Assembly: GCF_003019035.1 (NCBI RefSeq)
Contig: NZ_CP027447.1
Direction: 5' to 3' (one strand)
Length of the DNA stretch: 64,000 nucleotides
Source: Escherichia coli
GTDB lineage: Bacteria > Pseudomonadota > Gammaproteobacteria > Enterobacterales > Enterobacteriaceae
Shown: positions 40,315 through 53,927 of the stretch, piece after piece
Layout: each line of letters opens with the position of its first letter
Position numbering within the stretch: position 1 is the stretch's first letter
Program-made: the position numbers and the translations under genes
The notes under the pieces: generated by a model
Databases searched by the model: none
Told to the model about the DNA's origin: nothing
What the model saw: only the letters and a program-made list of their open reading frames with translations

Positions 40315-40728
40315 ATGACATCCCGACGAGACTGGCAGTTACAGCAACTGGGCATTACCCAGTGGTCGCTGCGTCGCCCTGGCGCGTTGCAGGGGGAGAT
40401 TGCCATTGCGATCCCGGCACACGTCCGTCTGGTGATGGTGGCAAACGATCTTCCCGCCCTGACTGATCCTTTAGTGAGCGATGTTCTGCGCGCATTAACC
40501 GTCAGCCCCGATCAAGTGCTGCAACTGACGCCAGAAAAAATCGCGATGCTGCCGCAAGGCAGTCGCTGCAACAGCTGGCGGTTGGGTACTGACGAACCGC
40601 TATCACTGGAAGGCGCTCAGGTGGCATCACCGGCGCTCACCGAATTACGGGCAAACCCAACGGCACGCGCCGCGTTATGGCAACAAATTTGCACATATGA
40701 ACACGATTTCTTCCCTCGAAACGACTGA
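40315..40728 (+). CDS. holD: DNA polymerase III psi subunit
   Basis: 137 aa MTSRRDWQLQQLGITQWSLRRP... Confidence 0.9.
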   Translation: MTSRRDWQLQQLGITQWSLRRPGALQGEIAIAIPAHVRLVMVANDLPALTDPLVSDVLRALTVSPDQVLQLTPEKIAMLPQGSRCNSWRLGTDEPLSLEGAQVASPALTELRANPTARAALWQQICTYEHDFFPRND

Positions 40729-41143
40729 TTTACCAGCGGCTTACCACATTGAACAACGCGCCCACGCCTTTCCGTGGAGTGAAAAAACCTTTGCCAGTAA
40801 TCAGGGCGAGCGCTATCTCAACTTTCAGTTAACGCAAAACGGCAAAATGGCGGCGTTTGCGATTACGCAAGTGGTGCTGGATGAAGCTACATTGTTCAAT
40901 ATTGCGGTCGATCCTGACTATCAGCGTCAGGGACTGGGAAGGGCGCTGCTGGAACATCTGATCGACGAACTGGAAAAACGCGGCGTGGCGACGCTATGGC
41001 TGGAAGTCCGTGCTTCAAACGCTGCCGCCATTGCCCTGTACGAAAGTTTAGGCTTTAACGAGGCGACAATTCGCCGCAATTACTACCCCACCACGGACGG
41101 TCGCGAAGACGCCATCATCATGGCGTTGCCAATCAGTATGTAA
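40697..41143 (+). CDS. rimI: Ribosomal protein S18 alanine N-acetyltransferase (GNAT)
   Basis: 148 aa; GNAT motif [14 protein letters not shown]; overlaps the holD 3' end. Confidence 0.9.
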   Translation: MNTISSLETTDLPAAYHIEQRAHAFPWSEKTFASNQGERYLNFQLTQNGKMAAFAITQVVLDEATLFNIAVDPDYQRQGLGRALLEHLIDELEKRGVATLWLEVRASNAAAIALYESLGFNEATIRRNYYPTTDGREDAIIMALPISM

Positions 41144-41157
41144 GACAAGGTGGAATA

Positions 41158-41835
41158 ATGAAGTGGGACTGGATTTTCTTTGATGCCGATGAAACGCTGT
41201 TTACCTTTGACTCGTTCACCGGCCTGCAGCGGATGTTTCTTGATTACAGCGTCACCTTTACCGCTGAAGATTTTCAGGACTATCAGGCCGTTAACAAGCC
41301 ACTGTGGGTGGATTATCAAAACGGCGCGATCACTTCATTACAGCTTCAGCACGGGCGGTTTCAGAGCTGGGCCGAACGGCTGAACGTCGAGCCGGGTAAA
41401 CTCAACGAAGCCTTTATTAATGCGATGGCGGAAATCTGTACGCCGCTGCCGGGCGCGGTTTCTCTGCTTAACGCCATTCGTGGCAACGCCAAAATCGGCA
41501 TCATCACCAACGGCTTTAGCGCCTTGCAGCAAGTGCGTCTGGAACGCACGGGCCTGCGTGATTATTTCGATTTGCTGGTGATTTCCGAAGAAGTTGGCGT
41601 TGCCAAACCTAATAAGAAAATTTTCGATTATGCGCTGGAACAGGCGGGCAATCCTGACCGTTCACGCGTGCTGATGGTTGGCGACACTGCCGAGTCCGAT
41701 ATTCTCGGTGGCATCAACGCCGGGCTTGCGACCTGCTGGCTGAATGCGCACAATCGCGAGCAACCAGAAGGCATCGCGCCCACCTGGACCGTTTCTTCGT
41801 TGCACGAACTGGAGCAGCTCCTGTGTAAACACTGA
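41158..41835 (+). CDS. yjjG: HAD-family pyrimidine 5'-nucleotidase YjjG
   Basis: 225 aa; HAD motif [10 protein letters not shown]. Confidence 0.85.
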   Translation: MKWDWIFFDADETLFTFDSFTGLQRMFLDYSVTFTAEDFQDYQAVNKPLWVDYQNGAITSLQLQHGRFQSWAERLNVEPGKLNEAFINAMAEICTPLPGAVSLLNAIRGNAKIGIITNGFSALQQVRLERTGLRDYFDLLVISEEVGVAKPNKKIFDYALEQAGNPDRSRVLMVGDTAESDILGGINAGLATCWLNAHNREQPEGIAPTWTVSSLHELEQLLCKH

Positions 41836-41924
41836 TTGCCTCCCCCCGTTGATGGGTAAAATAGCCGCAATTTTTCGTTTTCAACAAGCGCGGCGCGATG
41901 CCGCTTACTCAAGAAGAAAGAATT

Positions 41925-43514
41925 ATGACGTTGTCTCCTTATTTGCAAGAGGTGGCGAAGCGCCGCACTTTTGCCATTATTTCTCACCCGGACGCCGGTA
42001 AAACTACCATCACCGAGAAGGTGCTGCTGTTCGGACAGGCCATTCAGACCGCCGGTACAGTAAAAGGCCGTGGTTCCAACCAGCACGCTAAGTCGGACTG
42101 GATGGAGATGGAAAAGCAGCGTGGGATCTCCATTACTACTTCTGTGATGCAGTTTCCGTATCACGATTGCCTGGTTAACCTGCTCGACACCCCGGGGCAC
42201 GAAGACTTCTCGGAAGATACCTATCGTACCCTGACGGCGGTGGACTGCTGCCTGATGGTTATCGACGCCGCAAAAGGTGTTGAAGATCGTACCCGCAAGC
42301 TGATGGAAGTTACCCGTCTGCGCGACACGCCGATCCTCACCTTTATGAACAAACTTGACCGTGATATCCGCGACCCGATGGAGCTGCTCGATGAAGTTGA
42401 GAACGAGCTGAAAATCGGCTGCGCACCGATCACCTGGCCGATTGGCTGCGGCAAGCTGTTTAAAGGCGTTTACCACCTTTATAAAGATGAAACCTATCTC
42501 TATCAGAGCGGTAAAGGCCACACCATTCAGGAAGTCCGCATTGTTAAAGGGCTGAATAACCCGGATCTCGATGCTGCGGTTGGTGAAGATCTGGCACAGC
42601 AGCTGCGTGATGAACTGGAACTGGTGAAAGGCGCGTCTAACGAGTTCGACAAAGAATTGTTCCTTGCGGGCGAAATTACTCCAGTGTTCTTTGGTACTGC
42701 GCTGGGTAACTTCGGCGTCGATCATATGCTGGATGGCCTGGTAGAGTGGGCACCTGCGCCGATGCCGCGTCAGACTGATACCCGTACCGTAGAGGCGAGC
42801 GAAGATAAATTTACCGGCTTCGTATTTAAAATTCAGGCCAACATGGACCCGAAACACCGCGACCGCGTGGCGTTTATGCGTGTGGTGTCCGGTAAATATG
42901 AAAAAGGTATGAAGCTGCGCCAGGTGCGCACCGCTAAAGATGTGGTGATCTCCGACGCGCTGACCTTTATGGCGGGCGACCGTTCGCATGTTGAAGAAGC
43001 GTATCCTGGCGACATCCTTGGTCTGCACAACCACGGCACTATTCAGATCGGCGACACCTTTACCCAGGGTGAGATGATGAAGTTCACCGGTATCCCGAAC
43101 TTTGCGCCGGAACTGTTCCGTCGTATCCGCCTGAAAGATCCGCTGAAGCAAAAACAGCTGCTCAAAGGGCTGGTACAGCTTTCCGAAGAGGGCGCGGTGC
43201 AGGTGTTCCGTCCGATTTCCAACAACGACCTGATCGTTGGTGCGGTTGGTGTGCTGCAGTTTGATGTGGTGGTAGCGCGCCTGAAGAGCGAATACAACGT
43301 TGAAGCAGTGTATGAGTCAGTCAACGTTGCCACTGCACGCTGGGTAGAATGTGCGGACGCGAAGAAATTCGAAGAGTTCAAGCGTAAGAACGAAAGCCAA
43401 CTGGCGCTTGATGGCGGCGATAACCTCGCTTACATCGCTACCAGCATGGTCAACCTACGCCTGGCGCAGGAACGTTATCCGGACGTTCAGTTCCACCAGA
43501 CTCGCGAGCATTAA
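41925..43514 (+). CDS. prfC: Peptide chain release factor 3 (GTPase)
   Basis: 529 aa from [28 protein letters not shown] (G1 motif); track start 41898 is upstream in-frame ATG. Confidence 0.95.
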
Positions 43515-43906
43515 TTCTTGCCTCCAGGGTGCGGCAGCCGCTGCGCCCTGTCAATTTCCCTTCCTTATTAGCCGCTTACGGAATGTTCTTAAAACATTCA
43601 CTTTTGCTTATGTTTTAGCGGATATCCCGAGCGGTTTCAAAATTGTGATCTATATTTAACAAAGTAATGACATTTCTGACGGCGTTAAATACCGTTCAAT
43701 GCGTAGATATCAGTATCTAAAGCCGTCGATTGTCATTCTACCGATATTAATAACTGATTCAGAGGCTGTAATGGTCGTTATTCATCACCCATCGCTTTTG
43801 TGATGGCGGCCATTGACTTCTGTAGAGGGTGAAGTCTCTCCCTGTTCAGCAATGCAACCTCGTGTTGCCAGGCTCAAATTACGAGCAAACATACAGGAAT
43901 AAATCG

Positions 43907-44512
43907 ATGACTATGACAAGACTGAAGATTTCGAAAACTCTGCTGGCTGTAATGTTGACCTCTGCCGTCGCGACCGGCTCTGCCTACGCGGAAAACAACG
44001 CGCAGACTACCAATGAAAGCGCAGGGCAAAAAGTCGATAGCTCTATGAATAAAGTCGGTAATTTCATGGATGACAGCGCCATCACCGCGAAAGTGAAGGC
44101 GGCCCTGGTGGATCATGACAACATCAAGAGCACCGATATCTCTGTCAAAACCGATCAAAAAGTCGTGACCCTGAGCGGTTTCGTTGAAAGCCAGGCCCAG
44201 GCCGAAGAGGCAGTGAAAGTGGCGAAAGGCGTTGAAGGCGTGACCTCTGTCAGCGACAAACTGCACGTTCGCGACGCTAAAGAAGGCTCTGTGAAGGGCT
44301 ACGCGGGTGACACCGCCACCACCAGTGAAATCAAAGCCAAACTGCTGGCGGACGATATCGTTCCTTCACGTAAAGTGAAAGTTGAAACCACCGATGGCGT
44401 GGTTCAGCTCTCCGGTACCGTAGATTCTCAGGCACAAAGTGACCGTGCTGAAAGTATCGCCAAAGCGGTAGATGGTGTGAAAAGCGTTAAAAATGATCTG
44501 AAAACTAAGTAA
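43907..44512 (+). CDS. osmY: Osmotically inducible periplasmic protein OsmY (two BON domains)
   Basis: 201 aa from [28 protein letters not shown] (signal peptide). Confidence 0.9.
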   Translation: MTMTRLKISKTLLAVMLTSAVATGSAYAENNAQTTNESAGQKVDSSMNKVGNFMDDSAITAKVKAALVDHDNIKSTDISVKTDQKVVTLSGFVESQAQAEEAVKVAKGVEGVTSVSDKLHVRDAKEGSVKGYAGDTATTSEIKAKLLADDIVPSRKVKVETTDGVVQLSGTVDSQAQSDRAESIAKAVDGVKSVKNDLKTK

Positions 44513-44527
44513 TTCGTCGTAATTCGA

Positions 44528-44549
44528 CCTCCCGAACTTTGTCGGGAGG
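44528..44549 (+). terminator. Rho-independent terminator after osmY
   Basis: cctcccga-actttg-tcgggagg hairpin. Confidence 0.5.
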
Positions 44550-44638
44550 CGCGATGTGCACCACACTAAAAATATCGCATTGAGTGATTTTCACGCTCAT
44601 ATCAAGCGGTGACATTAACTATGGTAAAGGAGACGCTT

Positions 44639-44800
44639 ATGTTTCGTTGGGGCATCATATTTCTGGTTATCGCGTTAATCGCCGCCGCACTTGGGTTTGG
44701 TGGTCTGGCCGGTACTGCTGCAGGCGCAGCTAAAATTGTCTTTGTCGTCGGGATTATTCTGTTCCTGGTGAGTTTGTTCATGGGCCGAAAACGACCCTAG
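44639..44800 (+). CDS. ytjA: DUF1328 small membrane protein YtjA
   Basis: 53 aa [22 protein letters not shown]... with AAGGAG SD. Confidence 0.75.
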
Positions 44801-44921
44801 ATTTCAGACCATTAAGAAAATTTTATCCAAAGCCAGTCCAGCGGACTGGCTTTTGCGGTTTTAGCGAATAATAAATTGCGTTACTTTGTCATTCTTTCAC
44901 AACAAAAACAGGAAGGCAGAG

Positions 44922-45995
44922 GTGGGGCAGCGAATACCTGTAACGCTTGGTAATATTGCGCCGTTGTCGCTAAGGCCGTTCCAGCCTGGACGGATTGCTC
45001 TGGTGTGCGAAGGCGGCGGACAGCGTGGAATTTTCACGGCTGGCGTGCTGGATGAGTTTATGCGTGCGCAGTTTAATCCTTTCGATCTTTATCTCGGCAC
45101 ATCTGCCGGGGCGCAGAACCTCTCGGCGTATATCTGCAATCAGCCCGGTTACGCGCGCAAAGTCATCATGCGTTACACAACAAAACGCGAATTTTTCGAT
45201 CCATTGCGCTTTGTCCGTGGAGGAAATCTTATCGATCTCGACTGGCTGGTGGAGGCCACCGCAAGCCAGATGCCATTGCAAATGGATACCGCAGCGCGGT
45301 TATTTGACAGCGGCAAATCGTTTTATATGTGCGCCTGTCGTCAGGATGACTATGCGCCGAATTACTTTTTGCCAACTAAACAAAACTGGCTGGATGTGAT
45401 TCGCGCCTCCAGTGCGATACCTGGCTTTTATCGTAGCGGAGTGTCGCTGGAAGGTATTAACTACCTGGATGGTGGGATCAGTGATGCGATCCCGGTTAAA
45501 GAGGCGGCAAGGCAGGGAGCAAAAACGTTGGTCGTCATACGCACTGTGCCGTCACAAATGTACTACACGCCACAGTGGTTCAAACGCATGGAACGCTGGC
45601 TGGGTGACAGTAGCCTGCAGCCGCTGGTCAATCTGGTGCAGCATCATGAAACCAGCTATCGTGAGATTCAGCAATTTATTGAGAAACCACCGGGCCAGCT
45701 GCGGATATTCGAAATTTATCCGCCGAAGCCATTGCATAGTATTGCGCTCGGCAGTCGGATTCCGGCGCTGCGTGAAGACTATAAACTTGGGCGTTTATGT
45801 GGGCGTTATTTTCTGGCAACGGTCGGTAAATTATTGACTGAAAAAGCGCCGCTGAGCCGCCATCTGGTGCCGGTGGTGACGCCGGAGTCGATCGTTATTC
45901 CGCCTGCGCCAGTCGCCAACGATACGCTGGTTGCCGAAGTGAGCGACGCTCCGCAGGCGAACGACCCGACATTTAACAATGAGGATCTGGCTTGA
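44922..45995 (+). CDS. yjjU: Patatin-like phospholipase YjjU
   Basis: 357 aa from GTG at 44922; patatin motifs GGGQRG and GTSAGA. Confidence 0.8.
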   Translation: MGQRIPVTLGNIAPLSLRPFQPGRIALVCEGGGQRGIFTAGVLDEFMRAQFNPFDLYLGTSAGAQNLSAYICNQPGYARKVIMRYTTKREFFDPLRFVRGGNLIDLDWLVEATASQMPLQMDTAARLFDSGKSFYMCACRQDDYAPNYFLPTKQNWLDVIRASSAIPGFYRSGVSLEGINYLDGGISDAIPVKEAARQGAKTLVVIRTVPSQMYYTPQWFKRMERWLGDSSLQPLVNLVQHHETSYREIQQFIEKPPGQLRIFEIYPPKPLHSIALGSRIPALREDYKLGRLCGRYFLATVGKLLTEKAPLSRHLVPVVTPESIVIPPAPVANDTLVAEVSDAPQANDPTFNNEDLA

Positions 45996-46771
45996 TTTGC
46001 CGTTTTATCGACACCCACTGCCATTTTGATTTCCCGCCGTTTAGTGGCGATGAAGAGGCCAGCCTGCAACGTGCGGCACAAGCGGGCGTAGGCAAGATCA
46101 TTGTTCCGGCGACAGAAGCGGAAAATTTTGCCCGCGTGCAGGCGTTAGCGGAAAAATATCAACCGCTGTATGCCGCATTGGGCTTGCATCCTGGTATGTT
46201 GGAAAAACATAGCGATGTGTCTCTTGATCAGCTACAGCAGGCGCTGGAAAGGCATCCGGCGAAGGTGGTGGCGGTGGGGGAGATCGGTCTGGATCTCTTT
46301 GGCGACGATCCGCAATTTGAGAGGCAGCAGTGGTTACTCGACGAACAACTGAAACTGGCGAAACGCTACGATCTGCCGGTGATCCTGCATTCACGGCGCA
46401 CGCACGACAAACTGGCGATGCATCTTAAACGCCACGATTTATCGCGTGCTGGTGTTGTCCACGGATTTTCTGGCAGCCAGCAACAGGCTGAACGGTTTGT
46501 ACAGCTGGGCTACAAAATCGGCGTAGGCGGTACTATCACCTATCCACGCGCCAGTAAAACCCGCGATGTCATCGCAAAACTGCCGCTGGCATCGTTGTTG
46601 CTGGAAACCGACGCACCAGATATGCCGCTCAATGGTTTTCAGGGGCAGCCTAACCGCCCGGAACAGGCCGCGCGGGTGTTTGCTGTGCTTTGTGAGTTAC
46701 GCCTGGAACCCGCAGATGAAATTGCCGAAGTGTTGCTTAATAACACGTATACGTTGTTTAACGTGCCGTAG
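45992..46771 (+). CDS. yjjV: TatD-family metal-dependent hydrolase/DNase YjjV
   Basis: 259 aa; FIDTHCHFDF motif; TTG start overlapping yjjU stop. Confidence 0.8.
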   Translation: MICRFIDTHCHFDFPPFSGDEEASLQRAAQAGVGKIIVPATEAENFARVQALAEKYQPLYAALGLHPGMLEKHSDVSLDQLQQALERHPAKVVAVGEIGLDLFGDDPQFERQQWLLDEQLKLAKRYDLPVILHSRRTHDKLAMHLKRHDLSRAGVVHGFSGSQQQAERFVQLGYKIGVGGTITYPRASKTRDVIAKLPLASLLLETDAPDMPLNGFQGQPNRPEQAARVFAVLCELRLEPADEIAEVLLNNTYTLFNVP

Positions 46772-46895
46772 GCCGGATAAGGCGTTCACGCCGCATCCGG
46801 CAGTTGGCGCACAATGCCTGATGCGACGCTTGACGCGTCTTATCATGCCTACAAGTTTATGCCGATCCGTAGGCCGTATCCGGCATGTCACAAAT
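46772..46895. repeat. BIME/REP cluster between convergent yjjV and yjjW
   Basis: ggccggataaggcgttcacgccgcatccgg, gcctgatgcgacgcttgacgcgtcttatcatgcctac, gtaggccgtatccggc. Confidence 0.5.
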
Positions 46896-47751
46896 ACAGC
46901 GCCGGAAATATCAACCGGCTCACCCCGCGCTCCTGTAACGCATCAGCCAACGGCTCAACGTCTTCCGGCGTGGCGCTCGGCCAGCTTTGCGCCTCGCCAT
47001 ACACGCCGTGGGCATGAAACGCGTTCAGGCGTACCGGAACATCGCCAAGTCCCTTGATTAACGCCGCCAGTTCTTCGATGTGTTGCAAATAATCCACCTG
47101 GCCAGGGATTACCAGCAAACGCAGTTCCGCCAGCTTACCGCGCTCTGCCAGCAAACAGATGCTGCGCTTGATCTGCTGATTATCGCGTCCGGTTAATTGC
47201 TGATGACATTCGCTCCCCCACGCTTTGAGATCGAGCATTGCGCCGTCGCACACCGGAAGCAATTTTTCCCAGCCGGTTTCGCTCAACATGCCATTACTGT
47301 CCACCAGACAGGTGAGGTGGCGCAGTTGCGGATCATTTTTGATAGCAGTAAACAGCGCCACCACAAACGGCAGCTGGGTCGTGGCTTCGCCGCCGCTTAC
47401 CGTTATCCCTTCGATAAACAGCACCGCTTTGCGGATATGGCTAAGCACCTCATCCACGCTCATGGATTGCGCCATTGGTGTGGCATGTTGCGGACACATC
47501 TTCAGGCAGGTATCGCACTGCTCGCAGACTACAGCGTTCCACGCCACTTTGCCGTCAACAATCTGCAACGCCTGATGCGGACACTGTGGCACGCACTCCC
47601 CGCAATCATTGCAACGTCCCATCGTCCACGGATTGTGACAGTTTTTGCAGCGCAGATTGCAGCCCTGCAAAAACAGAGCCAGACGACTGCCTGGCCCGTC
47701 AACGCAGGAGAAGGGGATAATCTTACTGACTAAAGCGCATCTGCTGTTCAT
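46888..47751 (-). CDS. yjjW: Glycyl-radical enzyme activating protein (radical SAM) YjjW
   Basis: 287 aa; CxxxCxxC radical-SAM cluster ([10 protein letters not shown]) plus ferredoxin-like Cys motifs. Confidence 0.85.
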   Translation of the reverse strand: MNSRCALVSKIIPFSCVDGPGSRLALFLQGCNLRCKNCHNPWTMGRCNDCGECVPQCPHQALQIVDGKVAWNAVVCEQCDTCLKMCPQHATPMAQSMSVDEVLSHIRKAVLFIEGITVSGGEATTQLPFVVALFTAIKNDPQLRHLTCLVDSNGMLSETGWEKLLPVCDGAMLDLKAWGSECHQQLTGRDNQQIKRSICLLAERGKLAELRLLVIPGQVDYLQHIEELAALIKGLGDVPVRLNAFHAHGVYGEAQSWPSATPEDVEPLADALQERGVSRLIFPALYL

Positions 47752-49273
47752 GGCTTATCACGCGCGGCTGGCGTTCCAGAATACGAGTGTTGCGTGCGGC
47801 CTCTTCGCCCAGCCAGGTGGTGTTGGTACGTGAGCCTTCGGCACGATATTTTTCCAGATCCGACAAACGCACCATATAACCAGTAACGCGAACCAGATCG
47901 TTACCGCTGACATTGGCGGTAAATTCACGCATTCCGGCTTTAAAGGCACCGAGGCAAAGCTGTACCAGCGCCTGCGGATTACGTTTGATGGTTTCGTCGA
48001 GTGTCAGAATGTCGCTGATGCCGGAATAATAATAAGCATGATGCGGGGCGACAGTTTGCAGATGGGTGATCGGATCTGGCTCATCGCCATACGGCAAACG
48101 TGCGCCCGGCGTGGTGCCGATATCGGAACTTATCCCCGACTGTGCGTGTAACATGGCGCGTTTTTGCCAGCCATATTTCACGGGGGTATTGGCGACAAAC
48201 TCCGCCAGTTGCGCGCTGATGCGATAACCCACTTCATTTGCGGCGGCTTCTTTACCGTAGCGCGCGGCAATCCCTTCTTTCTCACACAGCAAGTTAACCG
48301 CTTCCGCCAGCCCATACATGCCAAACATTGGCACAAAACGTTCAGGGTTAATCAGCCCTTCTTTCACCAGGAAGCTATTCTCAAAGAAGTGTGATTGTTG
48401 ATAGAGGAATTCACACCGCGCATCGATGATGGCGATCTGCTGCTGGCAGTAGTGCGGTAGAGTGCGCGTAAAGAAGTCCTCCAGCGATTCACTGCGCTCG
48501 GCAATGGCTTTCAGGTTTAGGCGTACCAGCGTGCTGCCACCACCCGCCAGCGGCAGTGAGTTGTAACAGCTCACAATCCCGTAGCCCCCTTTTGTGAAAA
48601 TTTTATCATGCACCGGACCGTTGGCGATGTGCGGTTTGCTACATTCACAGATGTTCTTCGCCACTTCCAGCAGCAGGTCATCAGGGGTGATTTCAGGATC
48701 GTAGATAAAGGTCAGATTCGGTGAAACCTGCTTCAACTCTGCGTCTGCACGTAAGATTGCGCGGGTAATGGGCGAATCAGACGGGCCGATATTGGCGTGC
48801 ATAAAGGCATCTGGCAGGGTTCTGTCGAGGTAACGCCAGAAACGTTTTATTCGAATATCGATCTCGTCTTGTGTTAGAATTCTAACATACGGTTGCAACA
48901 ACGCATCCAGTTGCCCCAGGTAGACCGGCATCGATGTGACCGACGGTACGTGGTGGTAAAGAATGGTCAGCAGAGAGAGTGCGTCATCAAGATCTTTCGC
49001 GCCTTCCAGCTCCAGCCATTCGGAACCGTTCGCCAGAAAACGGGCGTAATCGGGTAAGACATAGCGCGGTTTGTACGGCGCATGACCTTCAAACATATCG
49101 CAGATTACACCCTCATCCAGCGCGCGGCGGGCTTCGGCAGGCAACGCGGGGTAAGGCAGATTGTTTTCTGCTTCCAGTGCCAGAAAATGGCGCTTCTGCT
49201 CCGGGCTAAGCACTGGGCTGGTGACAATTTGCAGGCAACGTTGTTGCAGTGCATTTTCATGAGAAGTGGGCAT
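47723..49273 (-). CDS. yjjI: DUF3029 putative glycine-radical enzyme YjjI
   Basis: 516 aa; overlaps the yjjW start, consistent with co-translation with its activase. Confidence 0.85.
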   Translation of the reverse strand: MPTSHENALQQRCLQIVTSPVLSPEQKRHFLALEAENNLPYPALPAEARRALDEGVICDMFEGHAPYKPRYVLPDYARFLANGSEWLELEGAKDLDDALSLLTILYHHVPSVTSMPVYLGQLDALLQPYVRILTQDEIDIRIKRFWRYLDRTLPDAFMHANIGPSDSPITRAILRADAELKQVSPNLTFIYDPEITPDDLLLEVAKNICECSKPHIANGPVHDKIFTKGGYGIVSCYNSLPLAGGGSTLVRLNLKAIAERSESLEDFFTRTLPHYCQQQIAIIDARCEFLYQQSHFFENSFLVKEGLINPERFVPMFGMYGLAEAVNLLCEKEGIAARYGKEAAANEVGYRISAQLAEFVANTPVKYGWQKRAMLHAQSGISSDIGTTPGARLPYGDEPDPITHLQTVAPHHAYYYSGISDILTLDETIKRNPQALVQLCLGAFKAGMREFTANVSGNDLVRVTGYMVRLSDLEKYRAEGSRTNTTWLGEEAARNTRILERQPRVISHEQQMRFSQ

Positions 49274-49530
49274 CTTCTTTTCCTTTTATGCCGAAGGTGA
49301 TGCGCCATTGTAAGAAGTTTCGTGATGTTCACTTTGATCCTGATGCGTTTGCCACCACTGACGCATTCATTTGAAAGTGAATTATTTGAACCAGATCGCA
49401 TTACAGTGATGCAAACTTGTAAGTAGATTTCCTTAATTGTGATGTATATCGAAGTGTGTTGCGGAGTAGATGTTAGAATACTAACAAACTCGCAAGGTGA
49501 ATTTTATTGGCGACAAGCCAGGAGAATGAA

Positions 49531-50310
49531 ATGACTGATCTGAAAGCAAGCAGCCTGCGTGCACTGAAATTGATGGACCTGACCACCCTGAATGACGACG
49601 ACACCGACGAGAAAGTGATCGCCCTGTGTCATCAGGCCAAAACTCCGGTCGGCAATACCGCCGCTATCTGTATCTATCCTCGCTTTATCCCGATTGCTCG
49701 CAAAACTCTGAAAGAGCAGGGCACCCCGGAAATCCGTATCGCTACGGTAACTAACTTCCCACACGGTAACGACGACATCGAAATCGCGCTGGCTGAAACC
49801 CGTGCGGCAATCGCCTACGGTGCTGATGAAGTTGACGTGGTGTTCCCGTACCGCGCGCTGATGGCGGGTAACGAGCAGGTTGGTTTTGACCTGGTGAAAG
49901 CCTGTAAAGAGGCTTGCGCTGCGGCGAACGTACTGCTGAAAGTGATTATTGAAACCGGCGAACTGAAAGACGAAGCGCTGATCCGTAAAGCGTCTGAAAT
50001 CTCCATCAAAGCGGGTGCTGACTTCATCAAAACCTCTACCGGTAAAGTGGCTGTGAATGCGACGCCGGAAAGCGCGCGCATCATGATGGAAGTGATCCGC
50101 GATATGGGCGTAGAAAAAACCGTTGGTTTCAAACCGGCGGGCGGCGTGCGTACTGCGGAAGATGCGCAGAAATATCTCGCCATTGCAGATGAACTGTTCG
50201 GTGCTGACTGGGCTGATGCGCGTCACTACCGCTTTGGTGCTTCCAGCTTGCTGGCAAGCCTGCTGAAAGCTCTGGGCCACGGCGACGGTAAGAGCGCCAG
50301 CAGCTACTAA
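49531..50310 (+). CDS. deoC: Deoxyribose-phosphate aldolase
   Basis: 259 aa from [25 protein letters not shown]; AGGAG SD. Confidence 0.95.
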
Positions 50311-50387
50311 GGCTTGATTTGCCGGATGATGCAGCGATGCTCATCCGGTTCCCCGATTACCTCGTCTCTTTTCCACGGGAGGTTACC

Positions 50388-51710
50388 TTGTTTCTCGCAC
50401 AAGAAATTATTCGTAAAAAACGTGATGGTCATGCGCTGAGTGATGAAGAAATTCGTTTCTTTATCAACGGCATTCGCGACAACACTATCTCCGAAGGGCA
50501 GATTGCCGCCCTCGCGATGACCATTTTCTTCCACGATATGACAATGCCTGAGCGTGTCTCGCTGACCATGGCGATGCGAGATTCAGGAACCGTTCTCGAC
50601 TGGAAAAGCCTGCATCTGAATGGCCCGATTGTTGATAAACACTCGACCGGCGGCGTCGGCGATGTCACTTCGCTGATGTTGGGGCCGATGGTCGCAGCCT
50701 GCGGCGGCTATATTCCGATGATCTCCGGTCGCGGCCTCGGTCATACTGGCGGTACGCTCGACAAACTGGAATCCATCCCTGGCTTCGACATTTTCCCGGA
50801 TGACAACCGTTTCCGCGAAATTATTAAAGACGTCGGCGTGGCGATTATCGGTCAGACCAGCTCACTGGCTCCGGCGGATAAACGTTTCTACGCGACCCGT
50901 GATATTACCGCAACCGTGGACTCCATCCCGCTGATCACTGCCTCGATCCTGGCGAAGAAACTGGCGGAAGGTCTGGATGCGCTGGTGATGGACGTGAAAG
51001 TGGGTAGCGGCGCGTTTATGCCGACCTACGAACTTTCTGAAGCCCTTGCCGAAGCGATTGTTGGCGTAGCTAACGGCGCTGGCGTGCGTACCACCGCGCT
51101 GCTCACCGATATGAATCAGGTACTGGCCTCCAGTGCAGGTAACGCGGTTGAAGTTCGTGAAGCGGTGCAGTTCCTGACGGGTGAGTATCGTAACCCGCGT
51201 CTGTTTGATGTCACAATGGCGCTGTGCGTAGAGATGCTTATCTCCGGCAAACTGGCGAAAGATGACGCCGAAGCGCGCGCGAAATTGCAGGCGGTGCTGG
51301 ACAACGGTAAAGCGGCAGAAGTCTTTGGTCGTATGGTAGCGGCACAAAAAGGCCCGACTGACTTCGTTGAGAACTACGCGAAGTATCTGCCGACAGCGAT
51401 GCTGACGAAAGCAGTCTATGCTGATACCGAAGGGTTTGTCAGTGAAATGGATACCCGCGCACTGGGGATGGCAGTGGTTGCAATGGGCGGCGGACGCCGT
51501 CAGGCATCTGACACCATCGATTACAGCGTCGGCTTTACTGATATGGCGCGTCTGGGCGACCAGGTAGACGGTCAGCGTCCGCTGGCAGTTATCCACGCGA
51601 AAGACGAAAACAGCTGGCAGGAAGCGGCGAAAGCGGTGAAAGCGGCAATTAAACTTGCCGATAAAGCACCGGAAAGCACACCAACTGTCTATCGCCGTAT
51701 CAGCGAATAA
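50388..51710 (+). CDS. deoA: Thymidine phosphorylase
   Basis: 440 aa from TTG at 50388 (GGGAGG SD): [21 protein letters not shown]... Confidence 0.95.
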
Positions 51711-51740
51711 CGGTATACTGATCTGATCATTTAAATTTGA

Positions 51741-52985
<1,245 letters not shown>

Positions 52986-53041
52986 TGGATTTGGGCGGAG
53001 CGTTGACTCCGCCTTTGTTATGTCACAAAAAGGATAAAACA

Positions 53042-53761
53042 ATGGCTACCCCACACATTAATGCAGAAATGGGCGATTTCGCTGACGTAGTTTTGATGCC
53101 AGGCGACCCGCTGCGTGCGAAGTATATTGCTGAAACTTTCCTTGAAGATGCCCGTGAAGTGAACAACGTTCGCGGTATGCTGGGCTTCACCGGTACTTAC
53201 AAAGGCCGCAAAATTTCCGTAATGGGTCACGGTATGGGTATCCCGTCCTGCTCCATCTACACCAAAGAACTGATCACCGATTTCGGCGTGAAGAAAATTA
53301 TCCGCGTAGGCTCCTGTGGCGCTGTTCTGCCACACGTAAAACTGCGCGACGTCGTTATCGGTATGGGTGCCTGCACCGATTCCAAAGTTAACCGTATCCG
53401 TTTTAAAGACCATGACTTTGCCGCTATCGCTGACTTTGACATGGTGCGTAACGCGGTAGACGCGGCTAAAGCACTGGGCGTTGATGCTCGCGTTGGTAAC
53501 CTGTTCTCCGCTGACCTGTTCTACTCTCCGGACGGCGAAATGTTCGACGTGATGGAAAAATACGGCATCCTCGGCGTGGAAATGGAAGCAGCTGGTATCT
53601 ACGGCGTGGCTGCAGAATTTGGCGCGAAAGCCCTGACCATCTGCACCGTGTCTGACCACATCCGCACTCACGAGCAGACCACTGCCGCTGAGCGTCAGAC
53701 CACCTTCAACGACATGATCAAAATCGCACTGGAATCCGTTCTGTTGGGCGATAAAGAGTAA
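53042..53761 (+). CDS. deoD: Purine nucleoside phosphorylase DeoD-type
   Basis: 239 aa from [33 protein letters not shown]. Confidence 0.95.
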   Translation: MATPHINAEMGDFADVVLMPGDPLRAKYIAETFLEDAREVNNVRGMLGFTGTYKGRKISVMGHGMGIPSCSIYTKELITDFGVKKIIRVGSCGAVLPHVKLRDVVIGMGACTDSKVNRIRFKDHDFAAIADFDMVRNAVDAAKALGVDARVGNLFSADLFYSPDGEMFDVMEKYGILGVEMEAAGIYGVAAEFGAKALTICTVSDHIRTHEQTTAAERQTTFNDMIKIALESVLLGDKE

Positions 53762-53793
53762 TTGTGTTTCGCTGAAAGGCGATTGCCTTGTGA

Positions 53794-53823
53794 AGCCGGA
53801 GCGGGAGACTGCTCCGGCTTTTT
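53794..53823 (+). terminator. Rho-independent terminator of the deo operon
   Basis: agccggagc-gggagact-gctccggct followed by ttttt. Confidence 0.55.
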
Positions 53824-53927
53824 AGTATCTATTCGTTTTTCTCTCCAGCTTGAATATTTTCGCTATACTTTTCAGTGAAATGTGTTAATAAATCTATTCA
53901 AGTATCTATTCACGAATCTATTCATTA

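Noticed and set aside
41628-43151. 507-aa ORF on the minus strand
   Set aside because: Antisense to yjjG/prfC, whose identities are strongly supported by GTPase motifs; no RBS; shadow ORF
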